A stretch of 63,756 bases of DNA, filler included, from Reclinomonas americana ATCC 50394 (taxonomy: Eukaryota): NCBI GenBank assembly GCA_048213135.1. It is 4 parts of 3 records of this genome, joined end to end, with 100 filler letters (N's around TTAATTAATTAA, not from the genome) between each part and the next. Parts side by side here need not be neighbours in the genome. Positions count along the whole stretch, not along the records: positions 40,648 to 61,837 come from PS015116.1; positions 61,938 to 63,756 come from PS015121.1; 2 more parts are not named here. One strand, 5' to 3'. Numbering within the stretch: the stretch's first letter is position 1; each line of letters begins with the position of its first letter. The notes under the pieces are model-generated. The model was not told the DNA's origin, made no database searches, and worked only from the letters and a program-made list of their open reading frames with translations. Both the position numbers and the translations under genes were made by a program. Positions 61,386 to 63,756 of this stretch are shown piece by piece.

Positions 61386-63756
61386 TGCGCGTGAACGCCA
61401 TATCGTGAGAAGGCACGAAGGATATTCGTCTCAGTTTCTGATATCCACTCCACTATTTGCACTCTCATGCTGTCTCACAGCTTTCTCTCTCTCTCATTCT
61501 CTTCTCCTCTCTCTCCTCTCGTCTTCTCCCTCCTCTCTTCCCTTCACTTCCCTTTTCTCTTCTCCTGTCTCTGTCGCTCCCCCCTCTCTGTTTCCACACC
61601 ACTGCGCATCAGTTTTCAAGTCTGCGAATATCGTGCGTCTCCCACTCCACTCTTTCACTTCGCACAAACTCATGCACATGTGCACACTCTTGCAGTCTTC
61701 TCTCTCTACCTCCCTCGGTATTCACATTGCACCGCGGTTTCTCACCTGTTTCTCTTTCTCGCCGCATTGCCCCTTCCCTTTCCCCCCTTCCCCCTCCTCC
61801 CCTCCCCCTTCACCCTCCCCCTTCCCTCCCCCTTCCCNNNNNNNNNNNNNNNNNNNNNNNNNNNNNNNNNNNNNNNNNNNNTTAATTAATTAANNNNNNN
61901 NNNNNNNNNNNNNNNNNNNNNNNNNNNNNNNNNNNNNGCAGAAAAAACACAAAGTGTGAGATGCACGACAATAGCAAGCACTGCATGATGATTAACGCGC
62001 GCGCGTGTGTGTGTGCACGCAAGAGTGCAAGTGTGGGACAACGCGATGGGCATGAGAATGAGAAATGATGCTGTATCCCACATACGAAAAGAATCAGGCG
62101 CCAAGCGGAGCGAGCATGCCAAACATGGGCAAACAAACACCGGCGTTTCCACCACATACACACACAAGCACGCGCGCGCGTATAAGAGTCGCCTCCTCCT
62201 CACAACACACAAAGAAAAAACCCCAACTCGAAAACACTCAACGGAGTATGTGCACAAGAAGGTTCGGCAGAAAAGGATATCCCCAGACTGCAATAACAAC
62301 CGACCGTTGCAAGAACGACGCGCGGGCGGGAAACGAGGAAAAGCAAAGAGCAAAGAGCAAAAGAGAAAGCGGAGTCACGCGGAGAGAGCGAGGAAAACAG
62401 GAAATGCGCGTGAGGGAAATTTCAGGAAAAGAACATTCTTTTTCCCAATGTCCGCACAATCGATATAGATGCCGCGTTCTCTCTCTCCCATTCTCACACA
62501 CACAACCGCCACACACACACACTCCTGTCACACACCTCTCACCACGCACACACACGCAGAGAGAGATAGGAGAAAGAGAGAGAGAGAGAGCACACAGAGT
62601 GAGAGATTGTCGAGATTCACGTGGCCAAAAAAAAGAATCCCATTTGAATGGGCGCTGACTTCTCTCTCTGCCTCCCTCCAATCATTGAATGTTCCTCTTC
62701 TCAGCGTTGTCTTCTTTCGCACACACACGCAGCAACAAACGGAGACAGAGAACACACACGCACACACACACGCACCGAGAGAAAAGAAAGACACACTTTT
62801 GCGACGAGGCCATGGCGGCCATTACAACTGTCGCACCTCACACAAAACGCATTCTCACACACGCGCTGTGCGTGTCTCTCTCTCTCTCTGTTTGCTGTCG
62901 CTCACCTCTCGGGGTCGCTCATGTGGGAGACACACACGCGTGTGCGCGCGCTTTCTGGGTCGCTGCGATTTTTGTGATGGGGGTCGCGAGCGGCTTTGTC
63001 TTTCGCTGTTTTGCTCGACTTTCTTTTCACCATGCAAAGAAAAACGACGCAAAACACGCCTCTCCCTCTGGTGCCACCTGCCTCTCGACACCATCTCACA
63101 CACACACACCCTGCCTTGGCGAGAGAGCAGCTGATAAATATGTACAAAATTTATACTATGTGATGTACATGTCCACACTCAATTGCCACGCGCCACTCTG
63201 TTTGTGGGTGTGTGTGTGTGTGTGCCACTGCCATGGGTTGTCACTTGCCGCTCGTCGCCATGAGCTCCGCCTCCGAGTGGCATGTCGCGAATGTTCTCGT
63301 CCCCCAATATTCTGCGAGTGACGCTTTGGGACGATTGGTGCATCTCCGTCGCCGCACCCTCTCCAACTGTGACGACAAGCGGAGGTGGTCCCCGGTTTGC
63401 TCCTCTCTACCTTCCCCGCCGGCGGTTCTCACCAGCCCACTCGATTTCTGCGAAAAACGTGCGGGCAAGCACTGAAGCGGACGCAAAAAGAATCTTGCCT
63501 TGTAATGAGAAGGGGCGAGTGCGCGCTCGCCGCCGAAGCGTGGAGCAGTGGCACCGCTGGCTCCGACACATTCACATGTGCGCAGTGCGGCTGGCGGAGG
63601 AGTGGGAGAGGAGAAAGCACATATACACTGACAGAAAATATATGGGCAAGAGAGAAAAGCGGGCACTGCCAAATTTGGCGGAGGTCGTTTTGCCCGCCCC
63701 ACCCTTTCCCCCTCCCCAGCTCACACTTCTTCCCTACGCATCTTCACTCGTCAATC

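Noticed and set aside
61938-63756. ORFs in the last 1.8 kb
   Set aside because: Low-complexity sequence with no recognisable domains or consistent exon chain.

Overview
The window is an intron-rich genome segment from a eukaryote, most likely a protist, in a draft gapped assembly. Most introns are 55-90 nt GT-AG, some are expanded by simple repeats, and all three stop codons are used normally. Reconstructed genes, in order: two tandem vitellogenin/LLTP-like paralogs, an ELO fatty-acid elongase, a probable eIF3j last exon, a CAMKK-family kinase, an intronless bacterial-looking hypothetical gene, a tandem-PH protein, a large secreted FN3/NHL/cadherin/PAN protein, an N-acylated putative PP1-targeting protein, a hybrid histidine kinase, two tandem GT31 glycosyltransferases, an atypical N-acylated Ras-like GTPase and a GT-A-like gene. 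The main observation is two classes of 5' splice site that depend on the last exon base. When the exon ends in G, the donor is ordinary (G|GTnnG). When it ends in A, C or T, most donors carry the consensus one base downstream (H|GTTGCGT, GTTGAGT, GTTTCGT), with one probable GC version (A|GCTGCGT). Two N-flanked blocks are inverted in the assembly and rejoin both neighbours in frame with no gap when flipped. A structured dispersed intergenic element occurs three times. All gene models are manual reconstructions without RNA or database support.
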